A stretch of DNA of 62,685 nt, filler included, from Sphacelaria rigidula (GCA_964200075.2; 7 parts of 7 records of this genome joined end to end with filler, not necessarily neighbours in it); one strand, 5' to 3'. Numbered from the whole stretch's first letter, positions 38,547 to 52,684 are shown. Numbers and translations: made by a program. The notes: generated by a model from the letters alone, not told the origin.

Positions 38547-41500
38547 GCCCCCGAAGTCCACAGCAAAAAGGCCGTTCTGGTCTTCTCTCGGTTTGGTCCT
38601 CTAGACGTACGTGCTATTGGTCGACAGGCCCGAGGGGTTTTCCGTCCACCCGGCGTATACCACACCAGCTCCATCATCGCGCGTAGGGCGCACACCAGAC
38701 CACACGCCAAGAACGATTGGTGTGACAGTGGTGTTCTCACGAAGTCAGCACAGCAGCATACGCACAAAGAACGAGTGTTGAGCACAACTTGACACAGACA
38801 GGAAGTAGCACGAACACATAAAACAAACGTGACGTGTATCCGACTCGCACGGAAGTTCAGAGCAGGAGACGGGAGCAAGCATGTGATACAGCAGGAGACG
38901 TTTTTTAGCTCACCTCCCACAGACAAGGGTAACTCAAGGTGAATTGAAAGATTTTCGCGCGAAGCGCTATCATGGCTGAGCGTTTGAAAATTGGTACTCG
39001 GCAAAATTTGAGGACCCGTCTGAAATAAGGGGAAGCACTATCACATGGGACATGTGCTGTAGCTGTCACTGTGCTGTGGTGTGTTCGGACCTTTGCGAAG
39101 ACGGTTTGGTCTCCGCTGGGGCTGCGTCAGTTGCCTTCCTGTCACTGCCTTACTCTTGACAGAAAATGAGGAAAATTATGTTTTTCGGCACGCAGTGCTG
39201 TCTACACATTCTCTTGTGTGTTGGCTGTTCCGTCTTCCGTCAAACGAACAAGGCGCCTCCCACACCCATCACTTCTATGCTGTAGTTATCGCTGTAGTTG
39301 ACGCTGTGCTGTTGTGCATTTAAACACTCTACGACGAACATGGTGTGATGTGCGCTGGAGAGTGCCTTAACAGTTGTACTGCTGCATACGGTGCTTCGGC
39401 CTGCACAGCAGTGAGGTGAGATCAAAGTGCTGAGCATAGTTGAAACGAGCCCGTGACGAGTGTGCAGCTGTCCGTTGCGTTTTCGTCGGTACTTCAGCTG
39501 TAGTCGGGTGCTGTGATCGGAGAAGACACGCAAGGCGGACGCGTGCAGGTTGGGGAAAACAAACTGAGCCAGCACGGAACTGCTTTATCCCAAGCGATTG
39601 ATGATGGTAGCAGCTGTTTGCCTTGATGTTCCATGTGATAGTTCTTCCTCTCATTTCGGACGGGTCCTCATCTTTTGCCGAGTGCCGATTTTAAAACGCT
39701 CGGCCACGATCGCGCTTCGCGCGAAAATATTGTAACTCACCTTGAGTTACCCCTATCTGTGGGAGGGGTAGGGTCAGCCAGATTTTTAGACAGACGTACA
39801 GAGTCGTATAACTACTTTCTGAAAACGTTAGACAGTGTTGCTCAAGGTCGGCCTCCCGAGCAGAGCGTGCCCCGCTGTGCTTGACAGTGTTGGAGAGTTG
39901 GTAGATGCATGGCGAGTGACACTTCAAGCTATGCGGAGAGCAGAAAGCGGCGCGGATCTGTTGTAATCGCCCCCAAAAGTCGGCGATGGAAAGCAGATCA
40001 CAACGTCATGGCGCGCCATCGACAGTAGACTAGATGAATATAAGTGTACTGCGTACAGTGTAGGAGCGGAGATACTATTGCTCCGGTGCGCAGTAGACTT
40101 TTTCCCGATGTAGGCTGTTGCCCAGGGTGTCTCGTTGTCAAGGCCGTGACCTCGGGGAGTTGCTCAAGTCTCAGAAGTAGTCAGCAAACTTGATATGTAG
40201 CCGCAGGTCTCTGTAAGCGCTTTGGGGGTCCAAAACCAATCAATCGCCGCTGTGTTGACACACTGCGTTTTTACGTTGTTCGTGCTAATCGCTGTCGTGT
40301 ACAGTCAGTACTGTTGGCTGTCCTCCAGTCAGCTGATTATCGACTCACCTCACACAGATAGGGATAACTCAAAGTGAAATAAATTATTTCCGCGCGAAGC
40401 GTAATCATGGCCCAGCGTTTGAAAACCGCCACTCGGCCAAAATCGAGCCCATCCGAAACCAGGGGAAGAACTATCGCATGGGACATGTCCTGTATCACTG
40501 TGCTGCAGCACAAACAAACTCATGCGCTGTCTCTTGCGCTGTAGCTGTCGCTGCGCTGTGGTGTCCCCAGGCCGTTCTGAAGGCGGTTGATCTCCGCTGG
40601 AACTGACTGCCTGAGTTGCTTTATTACTGCCATGGCGCTCGTCTCTTCGAAAAATCATGCTGTCGACACGCAGTGCTCTCTACACACTGTTGAAACCTTC
40701 ACGGTGTGTTGTAATAGCTATTTCGTCTCGAGTCAAATGAACAAGGCGCTTCTCAAATCCATCATTTATATGCTGTAGTTGTCGCTGTGCTGTTGTGCAT
40801 CTAAACACTTTACGACGATCAGAGTCTATGTGCGCTTGAGAGTGCCTGAAGAGTTGTAGTGCTGCATGCCGCGTTTCGGTCTGCACAGAATTGGGGTGAG
40901 ATGAAGTATTTATCGCCCTTTGAAGGGATCATACTTGGTTTGGGACTGGACACGGATAATACACTTTATACTACGACCCATTGTCTGTTACCTAGAGTTT
41001 ACCTGGATGCTCCGCAGATAAAGAGAAAATACTACAGGAGGAGAAACCCTCACGAGTTTACACCCACCCGCACTGAAGTGCGGAAAAAGTCAGTACGTAT
41101 CAGATTCTTGTATGTTGTATATGTTTGCTGGACTCAGCGGTGAGAAAGAGTGAGCGTGCATCGATCTTTCTGCACTGATTACAGACTACTGCATGCTATT
41201 GGTGTCTCTGCCTAGTGTTCCACAACAACACTACAGTGTGAAGCGATGTTGGCAACACAAGAGGAGTCAGGCAGGCGGCAAAGACAGGCCACGAGCAAAA
41301 AGCACGTTGTTTGTGCCCATGCGATTCATGACTTGTGATCGAAATAATTATCCTGGTCTGCAACAACTTCTGTGCAAAACGGATATACGTCACGTCAATC
41401 GCTGGCTGTGTCAAGTTGTGCTCAACGTACGATTTCTTGTGCATATTTAATTGTGCTGACTTAAAAAACACACCACTGCCACACCATCACCCGTTGATTC

Positions 41501-41686
41501 GCCATGTTCTGGGCGTGTGCTCTGTTGTTTGCGCGAGCAGCAAGGTGGCTGGTGTGATGTGTGTTGTCGAGAGGACGGTTACACGTTACACGTCACGCCT
41601 GTTGGCCAATAGCACCTCCTATTAAAAGTCGAAATCGAACGAAACGCAACCATCGGACTTTGGACTGACTTTGGACTTCGGGGGAG
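38547..41686. mobile_element. ~3.1-kb non-autonomous element with long degenerate TIRs and internal direct/inverted modules (MULE/foldback-like)
   Basis: ccccgaagtcca...gtgctattggtc.acaggc...gttgagcacaacttgacacag is inverted at 41405-41686. The internal module ctcacctc.cacaga.a.gg.taactcaa...cgcgcgaagcg occurs at 38909 (+), 39670-39770 (-) and 40344 (+). Confidence 0.7.
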
Positions 41687-41851
41687 TTACGAAGTCCGAG
41701 CCCTGACCCGAAATTGGTCTACGCGAACACCGTAATCAATGTTTATCACTCAAAGACACTTCCACGATTATATCATCAGCGAAGCTGATGATCACCTCGT
41801 CCCACCAACCACAGTCCTGATGGGCGTGAGGTGCATAAGGGAGGGGGGATA

Positions 41852-42201
41852 TGTGAAAGACACCTCATTGCAGTGACATACCAAAGACCATACATGTATG
41901 AAGAACCAGAGCAAGCAGGTACAAGGTAGGAACGATCCGAAAAGACCAGATTACGGAGGATCCTGTAATACCAACGATACTAGACAACTCGGGGTGATGC
42001 CAGGAAGACCCTGATATTGGGACGGACCAACATCCCCCGAGGAACTGGTCACCCCCCCCGGCGACCACTTCTCGTCTAACCCATTTCTTGCCTACATATT
42101 ACGAGAGAAAATCATCGCCAGCCTCGGGGTTCCTTCGGCAACAGGACATCTCCAAGGATAATCTCCCCCGTAGGTCTCTGGCTACCTTATCCTTCGTCAC
42201 A
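41852..42201 (+). mobile_element. LTR (TG...CA) preceded by a polypurine tract
   Basis: aagggagggggga-ta then TGTGAAAG...TTCGTCACA. Homologous over its length to the reverse complement of 59591-59952. Confidence 0.75.
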
Positions 42202-42766
42202 ATGAGTCTTTTTTTCCTGGAATCGAACACCCAACCTATTGTAGCACGGCTCTGTACATGCTTTTCCGCACTGTGCGGGTAGCATCGCATGGGTGGGCGC
42301 AGAGGACAAACGCAGAACAGCACCGCACGACTTTTACCTCTTCAACTCATGACATCGACCTCGTGCAATTCGGAATAGAAAATACTAAACCCTGGAACGT
42401 TGACCACGGTCCACACCTACCTGTTGAAAAAAATAAAACAAAGCTGGGATTTGAGCGGAACAATCCATTACACGCGGCCATTCGGCTACCGACATAAAAA
42501 TCTTCTATCGCGATTTACATCCTCTCGAGGGTAAAATAACCTCTAGGGGGCATTTCATCACCAGGTGCGACCATAATCTAATGTTGAAAATTGGGCAAGA
42601 AGAGGGTATATTCGGAACAGCTTGTGCTGTATAAATAACTGTACAGATCTTGCAACAAAATAATTTGGAATTTCAAATTGGGAGTACCTCCACAGGGTTG
42701 TTCACAGTGTGACGAGAAGAACGCTATACAAAATGCCGGTAGAGGTACTAGGGTTGGCAAATGATG

Positions 42767-43022
42767 CACGGTTAGGACAAATGATCACGACTCAAAATCA
42801 CCAAATTCACGATTTCTTCAGCCTGGTTGGCCAAAACGGAGAAAAAGGTTTATCGCTGGTCCAAGGGGTATCCACGCAACCTTTGCGCCATTCCACGTGT
42901 CTGGGCTGCGTATACCTGGGTTGAAACGCTGAAATAATGCCTAGGGATTGATTCGTCACGAGTCGACTAATCATACTAAAACCAAGTAATTTCCAAACGA
43001 ATCATTATTTGTCCGACCCTTG
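42767..43022 (-). mobile_element. MITE family A
   Basis: TIRs cacggttaggacaaat / ttttgtccgacccttg, with a perfect 8-bp TSD aaatgatg (42759-42766 and 43023-43030). Confidence 0.92.
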
Positions 43023-45816
43023 AAATGATGTACAGGAGTTCTCACAAAGACTGTGAAGAACCCTGTGCAGGACGTTCTCAGGGTGCTATCTGTCCACGTG
43101 TGCAGTACATGCAGCAACGAAATTGCAATAATATTCCGAAATGAACCGACTGCCTACTATTGTCGTTGGTCGAGAGCTGTTCTCAGAAAGACCTTCCTGA
43201 TCAGCGCTTGACGGCGCGGGTCGGGAATGCAATGAGAGGTGCTTGATCAGAGGACACCCCTGTTCCCAACCATATTTCGCCTTAGCTTAGGGTGACTTGC
43301 CTCACATACCACTTGATTGCGACAAACATCCCCCCGACACACACACCATGCATGCGACCGGTTGGCAGCAGAGAAGAAGCTCAACTACCGGATCTCAGTC
43401 CCCATTCCGGTCACGTCAGCAAGAGTTTAGTCACCGCACGAGGTACCCCTTTTCACTCCGCATACCAGGTCTACACGAGTGTTTGATCTCTCATCGATCC
43501 ACCCCCCGAACTTGGATGTGGCAGACGGTCTATTGTCCTTGTTTCGCAGACGTCGGGTGAAATCAACGACTGCAATAACACCCCCAGCTTCCGATCAACA
43601 GATCTTGCCGCAACGGCACAGCCGTCCTCGCTCACATTTGTGTGAGAGAGGGAACAGTAGCAACGACGGAAACATCACCCTGCTTTTCGAACAGGTGTTA
43701 TACTGCGCACAGAGATACTTCCTGCCCATGCAGAGAGGCAGACAGATTTCGATCTTTGCATCGGCCAGCGCCACAGACAAGAGACGACAGCCGGGGCATT
43801 CCGCGATCTCGTTTCTGCGGCTGTGCGACAATAATCCGCCTGCCCACACATGGCAAGTCGGGTATGTGCTAGTACTATAACATGATGCCAACTCTGCGCG
43901 ATTGGGAATCGCCGAACAAGGACACACAACAGCCTGGGTTCGTTTTTGAGGTTCAACATTTTATTGAGGTTCAACGGACCATCGTAATTTCATTTACGTT
44001 GTTCAAAAGGCTCGGGGGTCGCAAGCGGTTTCGAGCATGTGCCCCTAACCCAGAAGTTTCTGCATTGGAGCGAAAGCATGATGGTGTGCAGTCCAACTGA
44101 AAAGCCGCCCCATTCATTGTGTCGCATCTACCGAGCAACCCTTGCGTCTAAGCGCTGCGGAGCACGTACCAAAGCATGCTGAAATCATACTTCTTTGGAT
44201 TAGTCATCGAGGTTCCCAGCGCCTCTTGTTGTGTATCTGAGAGAGACTTCATACTGTTGCGCCGGCGACGACCGCCGTCAGCAAAACGATCCAATGTGGC
44301 GGCAGACGCGAACGATCTTTGAAACGCAGCGACATTCAGCAGTCTGCTGAGATATACCATCACCTCAGCACAGCATCACCACAGTACAGTGGTCAGTTGG
44401 ATCAAATGGGTGCCCCACGATAACGCTACAGACACACGCAACGGGGGTAAGGGTTAGTCCGACGCCTGGGGTTGTTTCGCCTGTAGTGCCCATGCAAGGC
44501 ACTTCATCTGGTCTGAACCAGCTATCACGCCTTGTATGGCTACCTCAGCCGTGGCTGTGTTGAGAACCGGTTTCGCGATGGAGCTGTTGAACAACACTAC
44601 TACTGTTGCAGTGCACGCGCTTCAAACATTCGAGCCGTTTCTTTTTATTTCAAAAGCCGCGGCAGCTGTAGTTTGAATATATCTTTGACGGTCTCAAACT
44701 GGTGCTGATGCAGCGACGGAAAGCGCTGGCACCGTCATCTTCAGATGNNNNNNNNNNNNNNNNNNNNNNNNNNNNNNNNNNNNNNNNNNNNTTAATTAAT
44801 TAANNNNNNNNNNNNNNNNNNNNNNNNNNNNNNNNNNNNNNNNNNNNGGAAGGATGTCTGACACACTTATGAGCCTCTTTTTTCGTGCAACCAAATACCC
44901 CCCCCCTATCGTAGGATGGCTCTCGACATTTGAACCCTCTCTTCGACTGTCTTCGCAGCTTTCATGTAGGCTACCAAGCGTGCCCCGCCGTTCTCTAAGC
45001 TTCGCAATAAATGCGCACGGCTCTTCACGGTGCACATCGAGTGCCAACAACATGCGGCGCATGTCCCGAGAACACAACCATCAAGAACGTCGCAAGTGGC
45101 TCTCGCAGATTCAGCAACACGAAATCCCTTTCTCGGAGAGGGGCGACCTGTAGCTTTGGGCGAAAATCTACAGTTGATTTCTTCGAACAAACTAGCATAA
45201 ACACCAACTCTAACCCTAACCCCGACCCAAGGCGTGTGAGATTCTCGGTCAATGAGGGGTGCATACGTTTCCCTAGGCAAGGTATGCATTGGCAGACGTC
45301 AAGTCGACGCGGCAGGCGCCCATTTGGACGAGAACACGTCTCGGACGAGCTGGGCTCACTGCTCATCTGCCTCAGACCATGAAAAAACTCAGAACTTTCT
45401 CCAGCCTAAAATCAAGTACTCAATTCGTCAACCATAGGTTTCTACCCAAAGCTTTAGGTCTGGAGCTCGGAGAACACTTTTCAACCTGCCCTACGGGGCT
45501 TCATCAAGACCCCGCACCGAGAGAGAGCCCACTTAATTTTGATTCATTCATGTTGACGGGCATTTAGTTTCAGAGGTGTTTTCACTCAATTACTGTGTCT
45601 GCAATGATCATTTTTGTGTGCTTCAGGAAAGAAAACGAACGTCGGCCTACACTAAATGATTTCGGCTTTTCTCCGTGGACCAGTCCCTGGTTTTCAAAAT
45701 AATTTCGGACATGTTCTGGTTGACCCATTTTCCAACAAACAGCATCTCGATTAGGGCCAACGTTCGAAACAGCGGGGTCCATAAGAAAAAACAAAAAAAT
45801 CACACCAAGTGAAGAT

Positions 45817-46374
45817 TTAAGCCAGGACTTCTGCTATGCGAAGTGCCCGCTCGAATAAGGTTGCTGCTGCCGCAGCTTTGACCTCCGCCTTAGAGTCCCC
45901 CGACAACGCGACCCTATTTTTCCTGCGTTTCTTGCTAGTATTCGGCACCTCGGTGCCATCGCCGTGCGCCTTACTGCTATCGACACTACCTACATCTGTG
46001 CCTGAGAAACCAAAGGAGAAGACTCCATCACCACTGACAACAGCACCAGTAGAAGCAACAGCGGTACCCTTGCTAGAAATGGAAGTCGCTTTTTCGCCAC
46101 CGTCGGATAAGGGTCCGTTCGAAGGACGTTTGTTCATTTTTCGCCGGACGTCACTACCCTCATCGTTATCGCTGTCGCTGTCGCTGTCGCTGTCGCTGTC
46201 AGAATCACTGCGAGCTGTTGTTGCTGCTTGTGTAGTGCTTCTGTCTCCGTCGGATTTGGTGGCGGCTTCGGGCGGTGGAGGCGTGATTTTTGCCGCTTCG
46301 CTTCCAGCCTCCTTTTCTTGCTCTTCCTGCGGTCCGTGCTTGTCGATGATTTCTTGAGCGTGTTCCAATACGCG
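45817..46374 (-). CDS. Terminal coding exon with a low-complexity (SD)n linker; possibly a WKF/DUF2373 (C7orf50-like) protein C-terminus
   Basis: aagcag|CGC GTA TTG... is open for 185 codons to TAA: RVLEHAQEIIDKHG...SDSDSDSD...SKKRRKNR...LFERALRIAEVLA*. The family call rests only on the flanking helices. Confidence 0.7.
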   Translation of the reverse strand, partial: RVLEHAQEIIDKHGPQEEQEKEAGSEAAKITPPPPEAATKSDGDRSTTQAATTARSDSDSDSDSDSDSDNDEGSDVRRKMNKRPSNGPLSDGGEKATSISSKGTAVASTGAVVSGDGVFSFGFSGTDVGSVDSSKAHGDGTEVPNTSKKRRKNRVALSGDSKAEVKAAAAATLFERALRIAEVLA

Positions 46375-46491
46375 CTGCTTGTGGTGTTTGTTTGAGGACG
46401 GGGGAGTTTTTCACTAGGATATCATCATACCAAGTGCAGGGCGGAGTGTTTCTGGTTCGCGTATCTTGTTTTCCTTTCACGTTTTCGTCGT

Positions 46492-46538
<47 letters not shown>

Positions 46539-49500
46539 CTCTCTTTTTTTTCTCTCCTTTTTTATTACTTCCTTTTTGTCCGTGTGTTATTGTTTGGTTG
46601 GGTGTTTTTTTTTTTTTTTTTGTGTTTTGTTTTTTTTTTTTTTTTTTTTTTTTTTTTGGGGGGGGCATGCTCCTCTGTTCCTCGCCCTAGTCGTACGACC
46701 ATTGATCACACATCCCTTTCGGGCCGGGAGCAATGTCATACGTCATTCAAATCGAAGTCTTATCTCACAGTATGTGAAGGCAGTAGGACACCCTAAAAAT
46801 CTCAACACCTTTCAGAGATTCGAAAGCCAAGACATCCTTCCGCCAAAATATGCAACAATAACCTCAAACATGTGAAGAATGATAAGCGGGGGCATGGCTT
46901 GTTGAACATCAGGCCACTTCTTACAGGGGCGTAAAACAATGAAAAAGGGAATATTCGAGTATTGTGGGGCTTGAATCGACACTGTCTGGCGCCATTACAC
47001 AGGACAGTGACGGAATTGCTTTCTACTTGAGCACCACGAGCGGGAAAAAGAAGCGCCTCGGCGAGGACTCGAACCCGGGCGTCAACGTGTGCTTCCAGGT
47101 GTGCTTCGAGCCGAGTTCGAGTCTCGGAAGAGCCCTCTTCAATTCTTAGCTCTAGTGGTCGCATGACGAAAAAAAATTGCCCTGGCCAGTTCTCGAACTC
47201 GATCCCCGGTGTGAAGAGATCGTCTTGTACTCAAGCACCACGAACATAACGGCTGACGCTGCACCCGCTCGACATTTATATCGAAAATAGCATGTAATAT
47301 CTCACCCGGCACACGAGAGACCACCTCCCTGCACCTCCTCCAAACTTACATTGAAATTAGTATTAAAAAGTCATCCGGCTCACGAGAGACTACCTCCCTC
47401 CACTCGCTTAAACATTCTACTATTAAAATTACGGACGTGTGAAAAATTCGATGGGGCTCGTGACGCGGTGTCATCGTTGCGTATTGCCCGTGTCCTCGCT
47501 CGACCGCTCGCTTCAAATCGATGTGCGTTTGCGTTATCAAGGGGTTTCGACGGCGAAAACTGCCATACTGTAGCACAAACCTTTCACGCTGTGTGTCCGC
47601 AACAACAGAAAGTATTCACCAACACATTATCCGTTCAAGAATAATCGGTAGTTGAGGTAGAAGTAACATGGTCGTGAGTGCAGATGGAATCATGTTGTCA
47701 CAGCAGTACAACTTGAGCAAAAAATCGAGACCATGTTCATTGATGACCACACATTTTCACAACATTGCCGTAGTTATGAAGTAGCCGGTAGGTGGTGTGC
47801 TATCAGGTATTAAAGACACGGACCAAACACCATGACAATGAATTCCGATTACGTCGCACAACGTAATCCTCATGCCATGGTGAGATTCTTCAGGGCGCAC
47901 TCGATTCCCACACGTGACCGCGTGCGGAGCTGGGTCACATGCCGAGTGTATGCCGGTGCGGTTGGACGAGGTTTTGCTCAGGCACACGGCGACTGCGTTC
48001 CCTTTGTCGGCTGTCGAGCGGTCGTGAACGTAAATAATGCAAGACCCCCGCCATGACGCGTCCGTCGAACGGTCCTGAAGGACACTGAACGATTACACGG
48101 CTAAAAACCTACACAACATGTAGCAAGAAACACGCGGACTAGACCCCCACCACGGTCGTTCGACCGAACAGTCATCTCCCGGGGCGTGTGCGGGGGGTCT
48201 CGTACACTGATTCGAGAGTAAATCTCATAGACACCTCCGTACAATTGAAGGCTGGACGCTCGTGAGCCGTAATCATTGTGTATAGAGGTATATTAACAGT
48301 ACGATAGAGGTGGTGGCGACATTGCTCAGTTAGGATCCATCCGACCAATGTCAAATGCCTCCACTCTCACAAAACCTTTAGAAGTTTTCACATCAACTCA
48401 AAGGCCGCCATCAACGCTTCAAGGCAACCCACGTACAACAGCTGGTCATTTTGAACTTCCTCCAAGTCGGGAGTTCGGAATAACTCTTTTTTGCTAGGGT
48501 GACAAGACCCAATGTACTCCCACTCCACAGTAGATGTACAGCATGTGCGATACTGGAGCTGTGCACGTCACGAACTGCACGAAAGAACAGCAAAATCAGA
48601 TCTACAAAATAGATGTGTAGTCATGGCGTGTTGTGCATGTCTCAAACTGCATGAAACAAGCACCAGCGTTGATTCTCGGCGGGTGCCCACCTTCCCAATG
48701 TGAACATCAAAGTAGACGAGATGAGATGATCTGGGGAAGTCGAGCAACTTTCCACATGAAAAGTTCTAGGATGGAAACTGTGTGCATGGAAAACGCGCGA
48801 AGACGGAGGAAGTGGCCTTGCTTCCGTCGACAAAAACGGCGCAGAGACGCAGTTTCACTTGGAAGTCATCCTCATTTCTTCTTTTTCGACACACGCATCA
48901 TCATTATCCAATGGAAGAAACGCCCGATCACGACCCGGGTTGTACAGCAACTCAGAGGCATATCTGCCGGCCACTTTCGACCCATGATACGCCCTCATAC
49001 AGCTTATGGAACAGCGAAAACATGAATGCATCTGCCTTTGCCCCCCCTCTTGCTCCCGTGTAAAGGGTTCAGACAAGTGCTCGGAGGACTTTGAAAATAT
49101 GTACACAAGTTATTCCAAAACTTCCTTTTGCCATCCCTCACGTCCATCCTCGTATTTCCGGGCGACGGAAAACGGAAAGAACATCCGTTTCAGTGTCCAT
49201 ACTCGAATCGCCACACCCGCCTAATCTCGTCTTGGTGCTATGAGTAGTGTTGAGCGTGTAGTGTGTTGGTCTAGCAGTGTGCTTCTTGGCTTTATGTTCA
49301 CCGCCGAATACTTCAATTCCCCATCCCCTCCCTCCCTCTCTCCCTTGTGCAGATGATTCTGTAGTCTCAAGGAGATCAACCCATTTCCCTCCCGGTACGA
49401 TATCTTCTTGTTCTAGGTAGAACGGACTGGATCATGACTAGCAGAGCGCGCTCTTGTACCCTCATCAACTGTCGCGATTTCTTGCTACTCGCTCTCTCAC

Positions 49501-50264
49501 GCTTCCGACGAAGGAACCAGATTTTGCTCAGAAACACCTTGCACTTCATAATATGAATCCGCCACTTCCCGCCTCATGTGTATTTTGGGGTCATGGTGAA
49601 ATCGAATGATTTTGCCTTCAGATACAGATACACATATTTTCAGAACATTCAAAAACTCATCTTCCTCGGAGCGAGTCCGTGGTCTCAAGGTATCCAATCC
49701 CTCTCCAGGCACATGACTTGCATTGCATAGTAGTATCGAGGATTGGACCATGACCATCAGCACGCCACCGGGTACAGCCCTATGACTAGTAAATACAAGG
49801 TCAAAACCAACTCGTTTTGCTACTGACGAACCTCTTACTATATTAACTACATCAGCAGCGGGAATCAGATACTTCGGGGGGAAAAAATATATTAAACGCG
49901 CTCATCTGGCGGGAAACAAACTCACGTTTTCCCCGACCACACGGTTGTCAGCTGCACCATTCGGCCCCCGCGGCGCGGTGGCAATTTTTCACACCTTGGA
50001 CAATACATGGTCAGTAGTTGCAATAGACAATAAACGTACTGCATAATGTATGGGCCTATCGCGACTATTGTCGGCCGGCAATAGTTGCAATAGGCCCATA
50101 CCTCATGCACTACACTTCTCGTCTACTGCATCTATTGAAAATGTTTTGTCCAAGGTTTGCAAAATTTGTATGTCCAATAGCTGATGCAGTCGGGAAAACC
50201 ACTCGTCGTCTAAAAGTATGCAAAATATGTGTATGCCTTCAATGCGTTGAAGTGTGCAGAGACA

Positions 50265-52640
50265 CTATTTCCGTCGGAAAAGAGCTATACCTTACTTTAC
50301 CTTACGGGAGGCGCGAGGGCTGCAAGCTCTGCTGCAATCAATTTTGTTTGCATCTTCACGTGTTGTCGTCACACGGAAGGAGTATTAATGCTGCATGCAC
50401 ACAAGTCACAGCGAAGACAATATACCCCGGGCAGAATGCAATACCGCGAAAATAGACAACCATTGCCATCAAAAGTACCCATTAATACCAGGTGGTCCGT
50501 GTTTCGTGCGTGTTGGAAATGTTGGCATCAAAACCTCTCGTTTCAGCTCATGTGAGAAAAAAAGTACTTCCGTCGGAGAATACAAACTTTTGTATCGCCT
50601 CATGATGAGCGAGAGTCAAAAGAACCCCTGCTACAGTCGACATCTTCAAGTTTTCGTCATTCGGAAGGCGACGCCTACAAAAAAGAACATAAACACGGCG
50701 ACAAAAACAAAATATTCAGGGAAAAGCGAGACGCTGTACCGCTCACTCATGATATCCTTCGTAGGAAAGCATATTTTGTTGCTGCCCCGTGGTGAGTAAG
50801 AGCTAGGGCCGAAAAAAACCTGCCACAGTCGACACTTTCTTCTTTCAGTCACTCACTCGGAAGCACGCTTAGAATATCTATACAACAACAGTATTCAAGT
50901 GAAGTGCACGGGCGGAGCAACACTGACAGTAACATAGACAAACACAACTGATGTCGGCACGAAACCAAGTGCCAAGGTCACACTGCAAATAACACACTTC
51001 CGTCGGCACCTTTGTCACGCTGCCTCACGGTGAGCGGGGACTACTCAAACCCGGCAAAAATCAGCCGTTAACCGTTAGACAGCGAGAGTAGTTCATCTGT
51101 TGAATCGGCATCAATTTCACTTGAAAAAAGTATGCATGATCCAGATAGACTACCCTCGCGGTTCAAGGGTTGAGCGATTCCTCGTCGTATGGATCTCATA
51201 CGTTCGAGAAATGAACACCGTACCACGAATGAAAATGCTACGCTCCCACGGAATGATGTGATCGGCTACCGCAAGCGCTGTAACTGGTCCACTTCAACAC
51301 CATGAGTTGGTCCATGCAGTCGGGAGCACACGCAGGCCGATGGTCAGCTGAAAAGAATCGAGTCTCTCCTAACGGAGAAGTACAGGTAGCAAGCTGTTCG
51401 TTGGAAACGACTTTTCGCGATGCCGTCCATGGGACCAGAGCTGAGGAACCTCAGGAACCCGAATAACGTTCTCTCTACAAGAAAGTGTTTAGCATAAGCG
51501 TGGTTAGACGAATTCTTCAGATCGAGATTTCGACCAGAGGGCGTACGCTATACTGCGCACAGAGGGCAGCGGCGTTTGTACTGCTAAAACTCAACATCAG
51601 CATTTTTCCGTCGGAGAATACAAACTTTAGAGTAGCTGCCTCATAGAGGTGCGCGAGAGCTGCTAGAACCCTGCTGCACTCGACATCTTCGAAATTTTTC
51701 GTCACACGGAAGGAATGCATCAACGCCTATATTTTTCCGAATAATAGCGCACTTTCATGACACGTCAAAAAGCATGATGCTTCTTTTTTCGAGCTAAAAA
51801 TATCTCCCCAGAGAATCATCGATACTGTGTTGTACAGCACATGTGTGCGAACATTTATGGCAGGAAGTAGGAGATCTTCTCTGAAGCGACAGTCATCAAC
51901 TGAACATGAGCACTCTTCCGTCGGAGAATACAAACTTTAGAGTAGCTGCCTCATGGGTGAGCAAGGGCTACAAGAACCCTGCTGCACTCGACACCTTCGA
52001 GATTTTTCGTCACACGGAAGGAATGCATCAACAACTGTATTTTTCCCCATAATAGCGCACTTTCATGACGTCAACAAGCATGATACTTCTTCTAGCTGAA
52101 AAAACCCTCCCAGAGCACCATCGATACTGTGTTGTACAGCACATGTGTGCGAACATTTATGGCAAGAAGTAGGAGATCTTCTCTGAAGCGACAGTCATCA
52201 ACTGAACATGAGCACTCTTCCGTCGGAGAATACAAACTTTTGATTGGTTACCTCATGGGTGAGCAAGGGCTACAAGAACCCTGCTGCACTCGACACCCTC
52301 GAAATCTTTCGTCATACGGAAGGAATGCATCGACATTAGTATTTTCCAACGAGCAACAAACAACTTTCAGATTAGGCCAACAAGTACCATACACGACGGA
52401 TGTGCTTTTCTTGCCACAGGGATAAACTACCTTCCCGAAGTGTCGATACTCTACTACTGCACACACAGATGAGAATATCCTGTGGTGGGAAATGAGAGAG
52501 ATCTTTATCGGGGGACGACCGTGACAATCGAACATCAGCATCCTTCCGCGGTAGAACACCAACTATTCTTCAGCTGCCTCATGATGGGCAAGGGCATCAA
52601 GAACCCTGTTACTGTCCATAATTTTCGAGAATTGACGTCA
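50265..52640. repeat. ~300-310-bp tandem repeat array with young and old units
   Basis: ttccgtcggagaatacaaacttt occurs at ~50568, 51606, 51916 and 52218, with decayed versions at ~50269, 50998 and 52544. The units in 51606-52340 are near-identical. Confidence 0.88.
51072..51169. mobile_element. piggyBac-like MITE
   Basis: ttaa|ccgttagac...gcggttcaaggg|ttga. Reverse homolog of 23168-23268. Confidence 0.75.
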
Positions 52641-52684
52641 TGTGGAGACAGTTCTTCGAGAAAGTCTAAAGGCAAGAGACAAGA

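Noticed and set aside
43600-44747. Possible multi-exon or degraded gene on the minus strand (RLLNVAAFQRSF...YDFSML|gtacgt)
   Set aside because: Splice-like sites exist, but no consistent long reading frame or recognisable domain could be assembled.
44848-45560. Overlapping ORFs of 90-130 aa
   Set aside because: No recognisable family, and no frame could be preferred.
46392-46875. Poly-Phe/poly-Lys ORFs
   Set aside because: They are translations of poly-T low-complexity, probably low-quality, sequence.
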